A DNA stretch of 64,000 bases from Legionella sp. (GTDB lineage Bacteria; Pseudomonadota; Gammaproteobacteria; Legionellales; Legionellaceae). The notes under the pieces were generated by a model. That model was not told the origin of the DNA. It was given only the letters and a program-made list of their open reading frames with translations, and did not search any database. This document shows, piece by piece, positions 1 through 9,408 of this stretch. Positions within the stretch are counted from its first letter, which is position 1. Each line of letters opens with the position of its first letter. Position numbers and translations under genes: made by a program. The stretch covers positions 5,220 to 69,219 of the forward strand of contig JAFKHV010000017.1 of NCBI GenBank assembly GCA_017306715.1. The letters are read 5' to 3'.

Positions 1-621
1 ATTATCCCCCAGTTTATTGCGTAAATTACTGATATGAACATCAATGCTGCGATCATAAGCGGTGTATTTTCTTCCCAGCGCATACTCGGTTAGTTCTTCT
101 TTTGAAAATGCTTGCCCGGGTGATTTTATTAACATTTCCAAAATATTAAATTCAGCGTTGGTTAACTCCAGGTAATTACCTGCTAAAGTTACGTGGCGCT
201 TAGAGCAATCAACAATAATATTATGCTGTTCAATCACCGGTTTTGAGACGGGTGTTTTTTGAGTGCGTCTCAAGATGGCGCGCAGACGCGCGACTAGCTC
301 ACGCGGATTACAAGGTTTTGGCAGATAATCATCAGCACCTATCTCAAGTCCTACAATGCGGTCGATATCGTCGCCTCTAGCCGTGAGCATAAGCACCGGT
401 GTTTCTAAGTGCTCGCGAATAGCTTTTAATACCTCAAAACCATTCAATTGCGGGAGCATGACATCCAAAATTATGGCTTCAAAGTTTTGATTTAATGCCT
501 TTTTAACGCCAGCTGCCCCATCATGGACACAAACTGAGTCAAAGCCTTCTTCAGTGAGAAATTGAGCGAGTAAGTCTGTTAATTCGATATCATCATCAAT
601 TACCAGGATTGTGCCATTCAT
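1..621 (-). CDS. cpxR: OmpR-family two-component response regulator, CpxR-like (3' end lies beyond window start)
   Basis: Absent from the ORF track because it runs off the window. Manual reverse translation from the ATG at 619-621 gives MNGTILVIDDDIELTDLLAQFL...LDVMLPQLNGFEVLK...LTARGDDIDRIVGLEIGADDYLPKPCNPRELVARLRAILRR, followed by a winged-helix part (...FNILEMLIKSPGQAFSKEEL...DRSIDVHISNLRNKLGD). This is a receiver domain plus OmpR-type output, very close to the CpxR pattern I recall. Confidence 0.8.
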   Translation of the reverse strand, partial: MNGTILVIDDDIELTDLLAQFLTEEGFDSVCVHDGAAGVKKALNQNFEAIILDVMLPQLNGFEVLKAIREHLETPVLMLTARGDDIDRIVGLEIGADDYLPKPCNPRELVARLRAILRRTQKTPVSKPVIEQHNIIVDCSKRHVTLAGNYLELTNAEFNILEMLIKSPGQAFSKEELTEYALGRKYTAYDRSIDVHISNLRNKLGDN

Positions 622-712
622 GAAACACCTTATATTTTTGTTTTAATAGGGAGCTATGTAAATTATAGCTGTAAATTAAATTGGCTCAGTACACAATTAT
701 TGATAATTTTAA

Positions 713-1537
713 TCATTTTTTTACAATGCATTCGAGTAATTTAATGCGTCGAGCGTCAGCATTTATAATTTTAAATTCAATGGGCCCCAACGTAATGGTT
801 TCGCCACGAGTGGGTAAATAACCAAAACCATTCATCACAATGCCCCCGATGGTGTCATAACTTTCATCACTAAAGTCTGTATGCATCTGCTCGTTAAACT
901 CATCAATAGGGGTGTGGGCTTTGACAATAAAATGCCCATTCTCATGAACTTTTATGTACGCATCTTCATCGATGTCAAACTCATCTTCAATATCACCAAT
1001 TATTTGTTCGATGATATCCTCAATAGTAACAAAACCTGAAATTTCCCCATATTCATCGACAACGATCGCCATATGATTTTTGTTACTTCTGAATTCACTT
1101 AGTAAGCTGTCAAGACGACGGCTTTCCGGTACAAACGTCACCGGTCGACAAATATCGAGCAAATTAAATGAGGGGTCCGATTGGTAACGTAATAAATCTT
1201 TTGCATGTAAAATACCAATAACTTCTTCATTATTTTCATCCGTTACTGGGAAGCGTGAATGACCCGTATCAGTAACCAGACGGACTATTTCCGCATATTC
1301 CTGGTCTTTTTTGATAGCGATCATTTGATTTTTAGGTACCATAATGTCGCGGACGCGCATTTTAGAAAATAAAATAGCACCTTCAATGATTGCTAAAGTT
1401 TCTGAGTCAATCAGGGCACGAATTTGTGCGTCCCGAAGCAAATTCACTAATTCTTCCTGGTTTTGCGGCTCGCCTTGTAAAAAATATTTAAGACGCGCTA
1501 ACCATGAACTATTCTCTTCCTCTTTAGCCAAGATCAT
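713..1537 (-). CDS. corC: CorC/YbeX-type Mg/Co efflux-associated protein (CBS pair + CorC_HlyC domain)
   Basis: Translation shows CBS-domain motifs (VRDIMVPKNQM, GHSRFPV, ILHAKDLL) and a CorC_HlyC C-terminus. I chose the start at the ATG at 1537, preceded by GAGGAGG, which gives MILAKEEENSSWL. It overlaps the ybeY stop and sits in the conserved phoH-ybeY-corC order. Confidence 0.85.
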   Translation of the reverse strand: MILAKEEENSSWLARLKYFLQGEPQNQEELVNLLRDAQIRALIDSETLAIIEGAILFSKMRVRDIMVPKNQMIAIKKDQEYAEIVRLVTDTGHSRFPVTDENNEEVIGILHAKDLLRYQSDPSFNLLDICRPVTFVPESRRLDSLLSEFRSNKNHMAIVVDEYGEISGFVTIEDIIEQIIGDIEDEFDIDEDAYIKVHENGHFIVKAHTPIDEFNEQMHTDFSDESYDTIGGIVMNGFGYLPTRGETITLGPIEFKIINADARRIKLLECIVKK

Positions 1538-2003
1538 AATCCTCCTCAATGTCGTAAGGGTTTTTATAGCCTTGTTCAGCGAGTAATTGAATCTCAAGCC
1601 CTTGCATGATTTTGGCATCCTCATCTTCGACGTGATCAAAGCCTAGTAAATGCAAAATGCCATGAAAAATGATCAGTGTCCAATGTTCCTCAAGCGATTT
1701 ATTCTGCTCTGTACTTTCAGCAGCCAAAACCTCGGGGCAGATGACAATATCCCCTAGATAATGATAATCGGGAATAGCTACTGGGGGTGCTTCCATAGGG
1801 AAGGCTAAAACATTAGTAGCCTTGTTCTTATTTCGATAAGTATGATTTAATTCGGTTATTTCCTCAGGGGTCACGAAACGTAAAGTCAGCTCAGTACCGG
1901 GCGGCTGCTCTCGTAAAGGGATTTGCGCCAGGGCACAAATTCGCTCTTCATCCAGGAATAGGGGGGTTGGGGTAGCGTTTTGAATATCAATAATATGGTT
2001 CAT
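1524..2003 (-). CDS. ybeY: Endoribonuclease YbeY (rRNA maturation factor)
   Basis: Zn-binding signature HGILHLLGFDH, about 159 aa, located between phoH-like and corC. Confidence 0.9.
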   Translation of the reverse strand: MNHIIDIQNATPTPLFLDEERICALAQIPLREQPPGTELTLRFVTPEEITELNHTYRNKNKATNVLAFPMEAPPVAIPDYHYLGDIVICPEVLAAESTEQNKSLEEHWTLIIFHGILHLLGFDHVEDEDAKIMQGLEIQLLAEQGYKNPYDIEEDYDLG

Positions 2004-2716
2004 TAATCTTTGGCTCTAGGGGTTAACTTTTTACGCGCATCATCCAGTTCGTAACAATCGATTACTTTTGAAACCAATGGATGGCGCACGACCTCTTGGC
2101 TTGTAAAGGTATGGATACTAATCTCAGGGAGGTTTTTAAATAAGCTAACAGCATGGGAAAGACCTGAATGGGTACCTCGTGGCAAATCAACCTGGGTCAT
2201 ATCTCCAGTGACTACAGCTTTCGAGCCGAAACCAATGCGTGTTAGAAACATTTTCATTTGCATTTGGGTCGTGTTTTGAGCTTCGTCAAGGATAATAAAG
2301 GCTTCGTTGAGCGTTCTACCCCGCATAAATGCAAGAGGCAAGACTTCGATAATGTCGCTTTGAATAAGCTTTTGGGTTTCTTTAAAGCCTATCATTTCAT
2401 ACAATGCGTCATAAATGGGCCGTAAATAAGGCAAAACCTTTTCAACTAGGTCTCCAGGTAAAAATCCCAGCTTCTCACCTGCTTCAACAGCTGGCCGAAC
2501 AAAGATTAACCGCTGAACTTCGCCTTTTTCATAACATTGTATAGCTTTGGATACTGCAAGGTAGGTTTTACCCGTTCCTGCGGGCCCTACAGCAAAAGTG
2601 ATGGCGTGTTTGTCGATTGCATCCAAAAATGAGGCTTGCTTATCATTGCGGGCGGCTATCAGTTTTCGTGAGAGCCTCACATGATGGGTCATTGCTTTTT
2701 GATTATCCTCAGTCAT
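2003..2716 (-). CDS. ybeZ: PhoH-like ATPase (YbeZ family)
   Basis: Walker A GPAGTGKTYLAV, the FIILDEAQNTT box and the PhoH C-terminal pattern. Its stop overlaps the ybeY start. Confidence 0.9.
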   Translation of the reverse strand: MTEDNQKAMTHHVRLSRKLIAARNDKQASFLDAIDKHAITFAVGPAGTGKTYLAVSKAIQCYEKGEVQRLIFVRPAVEAGEKLGFLPGDLVEKVLPYLRPIYDALYEMIGFKETQKLIQSDIIEVLPLAFMRGRTLNEAFIILDEAQNTTQMQMKMFLTRIGFGSKAVVTGDMTQVDLPRGTHSGLSHAVSLFKNLPEISIHTFTSQEVVRHPLVSKVIDCYELDDARKKLTPRAKD

Positions 2717-2920
2717 TTATCTTAAAATAGAGTTACTACTATGTAAATATAGTGCAGGAAGCATATCTTTTGCAATACCTTTCGGATGACCCACAAAAGT
2801 ATCGGTATGATTTATACTTATAATAATAAGTATACTTGGAATTGTTTTAGAGTTCCTGGAACTTTTAGAGGACGTATTTGACGTTGTATGTTACAATAAT
2901 TTTTTTTTCGTGCAGTTTTC

Positions 2921-3748
2921 ATGATTGATCTTCATTGCCACAGCATTTTTTCGGATGGGACTTTAACACCTGAAGAATTAATTGAGCGTGCGGAGCAACA
3001 ACAAATACGTTACTTATCCCTGACGGATCATGACACCATCGCAGGTTACCCTCGTTTGTTAGCGCGAGCAGCGCATTCTACAGTTACCATTATTCCTGGT
3101 ATTGAACTCAGTACGCGTTGGAAAAAGTATGATATTCATATTTTAGGGTATCAGATTAAATCGACTAAAGAGCTGGATCAATTGATTCAACGCCAGGTAG
3201 ATAGCCGTATTGAGCGCGCAAAGAAAATTGGTGAGGCATTAGCAACATTAGGCCTTGAAGACGCTTATCAAAAAGCATGTAGCTTAGCAGGGCATGAGCG
3301 TGCTGCTCGGCCTCATTTTGCTCAGGTTTTAGTCAATGAAAATATGGCTCGTGATCTGCAAACGGCCTTTAAACATTACCTGGTAAAGGGTAGAAAAGGT
3401 TATATCCCGACTCCTTGGCTAAGCGTTGCGGAGGCGGTTGAAGGTATAGCTGCCAATGGCGGACAAGCGGTGATTGCACATCCTTTAAAATATGGATTGA
3501 CGCGCTCGAAATTGCATGAGTTAATTAACGAATTTAAAGAAGCAGGGGGTATAGGTTTGGAAGTGATTTCCGGAGGAATAAACCTGAACGACATCCAAGA
3601 AATGGCTGGTATATGTAATCGTTTTGGTTTGTACGCATCGACAGGGTCTGATTTCCATGGCGATACGGCCTCGTACACACAGCTGGGACGCCAAAAAACC
3701 TTACCTGAACAGTGTTTGCCTATCTGGCAGAATTGGAACTTGTCCTAA
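2921..3748 (+). CDS. trpH: PHP-domain phosphoesterase, TrpH/YciV (RNase AM-like)
   Basis: N-terminal MIDLHCHSIFSDG...LSLTDHDT PHP metal motif. Followed by yciO, as in enterobacteria. Confidence 0.8.
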   Translation: MIDLHCHSIFSDGTLTPEELIERAEQQQIRYLSLTDHDTIAGYPRLLARAAHSTVTIIPGIELSTRWKKYDIHILGYQIKSTKELDQLIQRQVDSRIERAKKIGEALATLGLEDAYQKACSLAGHERAARPHFAQVLVNENMARDLQTAFKHYLVKGRKGYIPTPWLSVAEAVEGIAANGGQAVIAHPLKYGLTRSKLHELINEFKEAGGIGLEVISGGINLNDIQEMAGICNRFGLYASTGSDFHGDTASYTQLGRQKTLPEQCLPIWQNWNLS

Positions 3749-3756
3749 GGGAATAT

Positions 3757-4377
3757 ATGAGTCAGTTTTTTGCTTTGCATCCGGATAATCCACAAGCACG
3801 TTTATTAAGAAAAGCCGTATCCATCATCGAAGAGGGTGGCTTGGTTGTTTACCCGACCGATTCGGGTTATGCTCTGGGTTGCAGCTTAGGCAATAAGTCG
3901 GCTTTAGAGCGTATTCGGCGTCTGCGTCAATTAGACAAGAATCATAATATGACGCTGGTTTGTCGTGATCTATCGCAATTAGGTACGTATGCACGAGTTT
4001 CAAACCCTATTTTTCGTCTGTTAAAAGCACTTACACCCGGTTCTTACACCTTCATTCTCAATGCAACCCACGAAGTTCCACGCTTGATGTTACATCCTAA
4101 AAAAAGAACGCTCGGGCTGCGTGTTCCGGATAATATAATTACGCTCTCTCTACTTGAAACACTCGAATCACCTTTAATGAGCTCTACCTTGATTCTTCCA
4201 GGAGCCAAAGCGCCGCTGAGTGAACCAGAAGCGATACGCGACTTATTAGGTAATCAGGTGGATTTGATCATCGATGGTGGAAACTGCGGCCAAGAGCCAA
4301 CAACAGTAGTTGATTTAACCGGTGATCAACCAGTGATTTTGCGAGAGGGTAAAGGGGATCCAAATCCTTTTCGTTAA
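3757..4377 (+). CDS. yciO: YciO, Sua5/YrdC/YwlC-family protein
   Basis: MSQFFALHPDNPQARLL...VYPTDSGYALGC...PGSYTFIL...PTTVVDLT is near-colinear with the E. coli YciO sequence I recall. The start at 3757 has AAGGGA upstream. Confidence 0.85.
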   Translation: MSQFFALHPDNPQARLLRKAVSIIEEGGLVVYPTDSGYALGCSLGNKSALERIRRLRQLDKNHNMTLVCRDLSQLGTYARVSNPIFRLLKALTPGSYTFILNATHEVPRLMLHPKKRTLGLRVPDNIITLSLLETLESPLMSSTLILPGAKAPLSEPEAIRDLLGNQVDLIIDGGNCGQEPTTVVDLTGDQPVILREGKGDPNPFR

Positions 4378-4419
4378 TGTTTTAATCTGAATAATTTTAT
4401 TGCCAAAAAGAGGAAATTG

Positions 4420-5634
4420 ATGTCTGCGTTATTTACTTCCAACAAGCGAGTAGTATCTGGAATGCGGGTTAGTGGAAGGTTGCATTTGGGTCATTACCAT
4501 GGTGTGATTAAAAATTGGATCAAGCTCCAACATCAATACGATTGTTTTTTCTTCGCTGCGGACTGGCATGGTTTAACAACGCAATATGCTGAGACTGGTT
4601 CTATAGAGAATCATTTATGGGACATGATTATTGATTGGTTAGCCTGTGGAGTTAATCCAGGACTTTCACGTATTTTTATCCAATCCTGGGTTCCTGAACA
4701 CGCAGAATTGCACTTATTACTATCGATGATTACGCCCTTGGGGTGGCTGGAACGGGTGCCGACCTATAAAGATCAGCAAGAGAAATTAAAAGAAAAAGAT
4801 TTGTCTACTTATGGTTTTCTCGGATATCCCTTGCTGCAAAGCGCTGATGTGTTGTTATATAGGGCTGATTTTGTACCCGTAGGTGAGGATCAGGTGGCTC
4901 ATATAGAACTTACCCGCGAAATAGCACGTCGTTTTAATCATATTTATGGCAAAGAACCCAATTTTGAAGAATTAGCGGTCGAAGCGATTAAAAAAATGGG
5001 GAAGAAAAATAGTAAAATATACAGCGAACTACGGCGTCAATTCCAAGAAGATGGCAATCATGAGTCCATTAAAACAGCGCAGGCTTTACTTGAGGATCAA
5101 GTCAATTTATCCATTGGTGATAAAGAGCGGCTTTTAGGATATCTCGAAGGTAGTGGTAAAATCATTTTACCGGAGCCTTACCCACTATTATCGCCAACAT
5201 CAAAAATGCCCGGGATCGATGGACAAAAAATGTCCAAATCCTATCAAAATACCATTATGTTGCGCGAAGAGCCTGCTCAAGTTGAACGAAAAGTAATGAC
5301 AATGCCCACTGATCCAGCACGAATCAAACGTACTGATCCAGGGGAGCCTGAGAAATGTCCGGTATGGCAATTTCATAAAATTTATTCAAATGAAGAAGTA
5401 AAAGACTGGGTGCAAGTGGGATGCCGCAGTGCTGGAATTGGTTGTATTGATTGCAAACGGCCTATAGTTGAGAGTATTAACAAAGAACTGCAACCAATTC
5501 AAGAATCCATTGCAGAGTATGAAGCGGATCCAGGTTCGGTTAAGCGAATAGTTTCTGAGGGTAGTGAAGCTGCTCGTGATGAAGCAATTAAAACGATGCA
5601 TATTGTTCGCGAAGTCATGGGAATTGATTATTAA
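4420..5634 (+). CDS. trpS: Tryptophan--tRNA ligase
   Basis: Class I synthetase motifs GHYHG (HIGH) and KMSKS. Overall TrpRS pattern, long form. The ATG at 4420 lies directly after an in-frame TTG at 4417. Confidence 0.9.
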   Translation: MSALFTSNKRVVSGMRVSGRLHLGHYHGVIKNWIKLQHQYDCFFFAADWHGLTTQYAETGSIENHLWDMIIDWLACGVNPGLSRIFIQSWVPEHAELHLLLSMITPLGWLERVPTYKDQQEKLKEKDLSTYGFLGYPLLQSADVLLYRADFVPVGEDQVAHIELTREIARRFNHIYGKEPNFEELAVEAIKKMGKKNSKIYSELRRQFQEDGNHESIKTAQALLEDQVNLSIGDKERLLGYLEGSGKIILPEPYPLLSPTSKMPGIDGQKMSKSYQNTIMLREEPAQVERKVMTMPTDPARIKRTDPGEPEKCPVWQFHKIYSNEEVKDWVQVGCRSAGIGCIDCKRPIVESINKELQPIQESIAEYEADPGSVKRIVSEGSEAARDEAIKTMHIVREVMGIDY

Positions 5635-6428
5635 TGTCCGTTGCAGAGGCAGTTCGCCCCGAGATTAAAGCGTTTGTTGAGGGTAAAGAGTTCACAGAAA
5701 TACCGGAGGATTTGTTTATTCCTCCAGATGCTTTGGAAGTACTCTTAGATTCATTTAGCGGTCCGCTCGATTTATTGCTTTATCTAATTCGCAAACAGAA
5801 CATTGATATTCTGGATATTCCCATTGTGCGTATTACGCAACAGTACTTGCAATATATACACCTTATGGAAAATAGGCGCCTAGAGCTCGCTGCTGAATAC
5901 CTTCTCATGGCGGCAACGTTGGCTGAAATAAAGTCACGACTTTTGCTTCCAGTATCTCCGCAATCGGCAGAAGAGGAGGAGGAAGATCCAAGAATGGTAT
6001 TAGTACGCCGTTTGCAAGCTTATGAACAGATAAAAAAAGCAGCGGAGTTCATTGATGCATTACCACGCCAGGAACGTGACCAATTTGCTATAAATCTCAA
6101 AGCCCCAGAAATTGAATTGTTAAAAATCCATCCAGAGGTATCCCTTGAAGATTTAATCATGGCAATGCAGCAGATTTTAAAAAAAGAGGAACAGACAAGT
6201 CATCATCAAATTACTCGCGAAGTTATGTCCGTGCGTGAGCGAATGTCTTTAGTCTTGGAAAAAATCCAACAAGGGACCGTTGTTGAACTGCGTGAATTAT
6301 TCACTCAAGAAGAAGGACGGATGGGGCTAGTTGTCTCTTTATTGGCTATTTTAGAGCTTGCGCGGCAATCACTGATTATCATTACGCAACATGAAGCATT
6401 TTCTCCCGTGCATTTACAGGCAGCTTAA
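5634..6428 (+). CDS. scpA: Segregation and condensation protein A
   Basis: FSGPLDLLLYLIRKQNIDILDIPI and LAAEYLLMAATLAEIKSRLLLP are ScpA hallmarks. The start overlaps the trpS stop. Confidence 0.85.
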   Translation: MSVAEAVRPEIKAFVEGKEFTEIPEDLFIPPDALEVLLDSFSGPLDLLLYLIRKQNIDILDIPIVRITQQYLQYIHLMENRRLELAAEYLLMAATLAEIKSRLLLPVSPQSAEEEEEDPRMVLVRRLQAYEQIKKAAEFIDALPRQERDQFAINLKAPEIELLKIHPEVSLEDLIMAMQQILKKEEQTSHHQITREVMSVRERMSLVLEKIQQGTVVELRELFTQEEGRMGLVVSLLAILELARQSLIIITQHEAFSPVHLQAA

Positions 6429-6992
6429 ATGGTAGCAATCGATTTAAAAATGATTCTTGAGGCTGTTTTGTTAACAGCTACAGAGCCTTTATCCTGTGAC
6501 AAACTATTGAATGTTTTTGAGGAATGGCAACGTCCGGATAAAGCGCAGATACTACAGGCACTACATGAATTACAACAGGACTATGTACCTCGCGCTTTTG
6601 AATTAGTGGAAGTAGCAAGTGGTTTCCGTATACAAACACGCAAAGAATATGCCTATTGGGCGGCCCGCTTACAGGTTGAAAAACCAGGTAAATATTCGCG
6701 TGCTTTACTGGAAACATTAGCCATTATTGCTTATAAGCAGCCGGTAACCAGGGCAGATATTGAAGAAATACGTGGTGTTACCGTAAATAGTCAAATTGTA
6801 AAAACCTTAATCGAACGAGAATGGATTCGTATCGCAGGGTATAAGGATGTTCCGGGTAAACCTGCAGTCTATACAACCACACGTGAGTTTTTAAATTATT
6901 TTAATCTTAAAAGCTTAAATGAACTTCCCTCATTACCCGAGGTGATGGAAACTTTGACTTTAAATAATTTAATTGAAGAAGAGCTTGAATGA
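6429..6992 (+). CDS. scpB: Segregation and condensation protein B
   Basis: LETLAIIAYKQPVTRADIEEIRGV winged-helix motif. Immediately follows scpA. Confidence 0.85.
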   Translation: MVAIDLKMILEAVLLTATEPLSCDKLLNVFEEWQRPDKAQILQALHELQQDYVPRAFELVEVASGFRIQTRKEYAYWAARLQVEKPGKYSRALLETLAIIAYKQPVTRADIEEIRGVTVNSQIVKTLIEREWIRIAGYKDVPGKPAVYTTTREFLNYFNLKSLNELPSLPEVMETLTLNNLIEEELE

Positions 6993-7729
6993 GTAGTGAA
7001 CGTTTACAAAAAATATTAAGCCAAGCAGGATTTGGCTCGCGTCGGGAAATGGAACGGTGGATAACGAGCGGTTGGGTGCAGGTCAATGGTAAGACAGCGA
7101 CTATAGGTGACTCAGCAGGTCCTAATGATAAAATCACCGTTAAAGGCAAATTAATCAATAATCCCTTAAAAGTAAAAAGCAATACGCGAATTTTACTTTA
7201 CCATAAACCGGTGGGTGAAATTTCTAGCCGTCATGATCCAAAGTTTGAGCGCACCGTATTTGATTCATTACCCTCTCTTCGTAATGGCCGGTGGGTGCAG
7301 GTTGGGCGCCTGGATTTGAATACTTCAGGCTTGCTTATTTTTACCAATGATGGCGAGTTGGCGAATAAACTAATGCATCCCCGTTATGCTTTGGAGCGTG
7401 AATATGCTGTTCGTGTTCATGGTCAAGTAACTCCGGAAATGCTTCTGGACTTACAAAAAGGAGTTACTTTGGATGATGGCCCTGCGCAATTTAAAAAAAT
7501 AACTTTTCGCGGTGGCGAGGGTGCCAATAGTTGGTATCATGTAACGCTCACCGAAGGACGTAATCGTGAGGTACGTCGCTTATGGGAATCCCAAGGGCTT
7601 GAAGTAAGTCGTCTCATCCGGATACGCTATGGAAGCATTACTATGCCGCGATTCTTGGCTCGTGGTCAGACCTATGAGTTAAAACCTGAGGAAGTTAGTA
7701 GCTTTTTGGCAACGTTACCATCCCTATGA
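6989..7729 (+). CDS. rluB: 23S rRNA pseudouridine synthase RluB
   Basis: N-terminal S4 domain (RLQKILSQAGFGSRRE) and the RsuA/RluB catalytic motif GRLDLNTSGLLIFTNDGEL. Overlaps the scpB stop. Confidence 0.85.
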   Translation: MSSERLQKILSQAGFGSRREMERWITSGWVQVNGKTATIGDSAGPNDKITVKGKLINNPLKVKSNTRILLYHKPVGEISSRHDPKFERTVFDSLPSLRNGRWVQVGRLDLNTSGLLIFTNDGELANKLMHPRYALEREYAVRVHGQVTPEMLLDLQKGVTLDDGPAQFKKITFRGGEGANSWYHVTLTEGRNREVRRLWESQGLEVSRLIRIRYGSITMPRFLARGQTYELKPEEVSSFLATLPSL

Positions 7730-7781
7730 AGCCTCTAGAGACGACAGGGTGATCTTCTGGGCGTGGATAGTTAAAGTGAAT

Positions 7782-7825
7782 TTCGAAGCAGAAAATTAGA
7801 TTTACACCTCTGATTCTGCTTCGAA
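7782..7825. terminator. 12-bp perfect inverted repeat between convergent rluB and yheU (possible bidirectional terminator)
   Basis: TTCGAAGCAGAA (7782-7793) pairs with TTCTGCTTCGAA (7814-7825) across a 20-nt loop. The loop is long and the U-tract weak, so confidence is low. Confidence 0.35.
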
Positions 7826-7876
7826 TATCTCGAATCTTATAAGCTTCTGCTTAAAATGCCTGAATTTTTAACTTAG

Positions 7877-8128
7877 CTAGCCCTCTTTTACCCGAATATT
7901 GGTACTCAAGTGAGCCAACTCCTCTCTAGTCACGATAGTGCAATACTCTTCTTCTGATAGATAGACAACCACCGCCTTACCTAATTGCAGTTGCGCCAAG
8001 AGTTGCTTTTTTTTCACCAAAATATCGACTTCATATTCTCCATAATCAGTGCCCTGACGGGTAATGACATCCATAACAAGATTATCTAATGCTTCTAAAC
8101 TCAAGAGGGTATGATCAATTTCAATCAT
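7877..8128 (-). CDS. yheU: YheU family protein (UPF0270)
   Basis: LEALDNLVMDVITRQGTDYGEYE...LGKAVVVY matches the E. coli YheU pattern ([20 protein letters not shown]...GEAVLVW). Confidence 0.75.
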   Translation of the reverse strand: MIEIDHTLLSLEALDNLVMDVITRQGTDYGEYEVDILVKKKQLLAQLQLGKAVVVYLSEEEYCTIVTREELAHLSTNIRVKEG

Positions 8129-8280
8129 TTATATTTTCCAGATATGGAGTACAAATTATTTTTTGCTTGCTTATAGTACATGGCAGAACGCATATATTAA
8201 TCAAGAAATTCCTAAACCCGCACTCATTATTAACCTTACAAACACCATAAGTTAATGTTTGGTGGCAGGTTAAGGCTAAA

Positions 8281-9141
8281 TTACTTCTTAATTATTTCTA
8301 AGTAAACAATATTTTGAAGCTCATCACTGAAAATACTTATTTTTTCAATCTCCGCTTTTGGAATAGTGTGAGCAAGTTTTTCCATCTCTTGAGTATCACG
8401 ATAAATAAGCCACCAATTCATAAATGCTTCCATATAACCAATTTCTTGCATATTAGGCATAAAATTAGGAATAAGTAGGCGACCTCCAGAGTTTAGTGCT
8501 GAAAATAAATACTGTGTCAGTAAAGTTGCGGTTACCTCGTCTAAATAGTCATATAATCCGGTGGCATAAATCAAATCGAAATTATTTAAGGTAATTCTGT
8601 TTTTAAGAATGTCACCAATAGAACCAAGTATTGTTTTAATTTGAATATTCTTAGTATCCTCGCTCACTACAGCGAGACTTTTGGGATCCTGGTCAAATGC
8701 GATAAATTCTTGTAAATGAGCTTGAGGATCAACTATGTATAGCGCTTCACGTAAATGCCCACTCGCTACCGCCAATAGGCGTGCATTGTTTTTTGATTCA
8801 ATAACTTGATTTAATAATTCAACTATTATCTTCAATCGGATGCATACTGATTTTGAAGAATTTCGGGACAGAGAATAATCAAAAATTTCTTGACCCATTG
8901 GGGTAAGTTGAAAACCAAAATCCTTCTGTATCAACCCATCGCTCGCATACAAATAATCCATCATTTCAGCATCGCCAGCATACCCCCTTGGTTTTTTATA
9001 TGTCCTCTCAGTAAAAGGATCTTGATATAAAATTTTCGCAAGCGGATGAGCTTGAGATTTGGGTAAAGGTTTTCCAGTCATTGGGGGCTTCATTGAGTCG
9101 TATTTGGCTGAGCCTGGACACAATATCCTCCATGACCACAT
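8281..9141 (-). CDS. Class I SAM-dependent methyltransferase. The 5' end is probably disrupted by a frameshift, and the true gene may start at 9205.
   Basis: Motifs KPRGYAGDAEMMDYLY, LLAVASGHLRE, AFDQDP, FDLIYATGLYDYL and GGRLLIPNF fit a Rossmann-type methyltransferase. An overlapping 65-aa ORF (9008-9205) in the other frame looks like the detached N-terminus. Confidence 0.6.
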   Translation of the reverse strand: MWSWRILCPGSAKYDSMKPPMTGKPLPKSQAHPLAKILYQDPFTERTYKKPRGYAGDAEMMDYLYASDGLIQKDFGFQLTPMGQEIFDYSLSRNSSKSVCIRLKIIVELLNQVIESKNNARLLAVASGHLREALYIVDPQAHLQEFIAFDQDPKSLAVVSEDTKNIQIKTILGSIGDILKNRITLNNFDLIYATGLYDYLDEVTATLLTQYLFSALNSGGRLLIPNFMPNMQEIGYMEAFMNWWLIYRDTQEMEKLAHTIPKAEIEKISIFSDELQNIVYLEIIKK

Positions 9142-9408
9142 TTATAGGCTCATTTTGCAAAAATTCGTTATGCCATCTATCCAGTATGTTTGTATTATTG
9201 CTCATAAATTACCCTATTAGTTAACTTTTACTGATAACTATAGTTCAAAATTAAAACATTTATTGTGAATAGGGTGGAGTAATAGGATGAGGGGCTTGGA
9301 ATTTGCTATTTAATTAACCATCGTTAATCCCGAAGCTCCTCCTTATTCTAAACTAGGCAAAGTCCCAGAGTAAAAATCAGGTTTATGGGGATTTAAAGCG
9401 ATATCTCA

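Noticed and set aside
1344-1586. Short ORFs lying antisense to or overlapping inside long, well-supported genes. Examples are 1344-1586, 3400-3678, 5386-5601, 6478-6717, 15355-15687, 17151-17453, 20617-21000, 27694-27912, 37137-37415, 40117-40524, 44906-45214, 49188-49505, 53578-53952, 53962-54303 and 62272-62472.
   Set aside because: Each is fully embedded in a longer ORF with clear family motifs on the other strand or frame. They lack RBSs and have odd, low-complexity or Cys/Arg-rich compositions typical of shadow ORFs.
8198-8211. Sequence CAAGAAATTCCTAA resembling the LetA/GacA-type box (TNAGAAATTTCTNA) that precedes RsmY/RsmZ-type sRNAs.
   Set aside because: The palindrome is broken by one missing T. 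The downstream sequence lacks the multiple GGA-loop hairpins and terminator expected for an Rsm-type sRNA. It more probably lies in the ordinary yheU promoter region.
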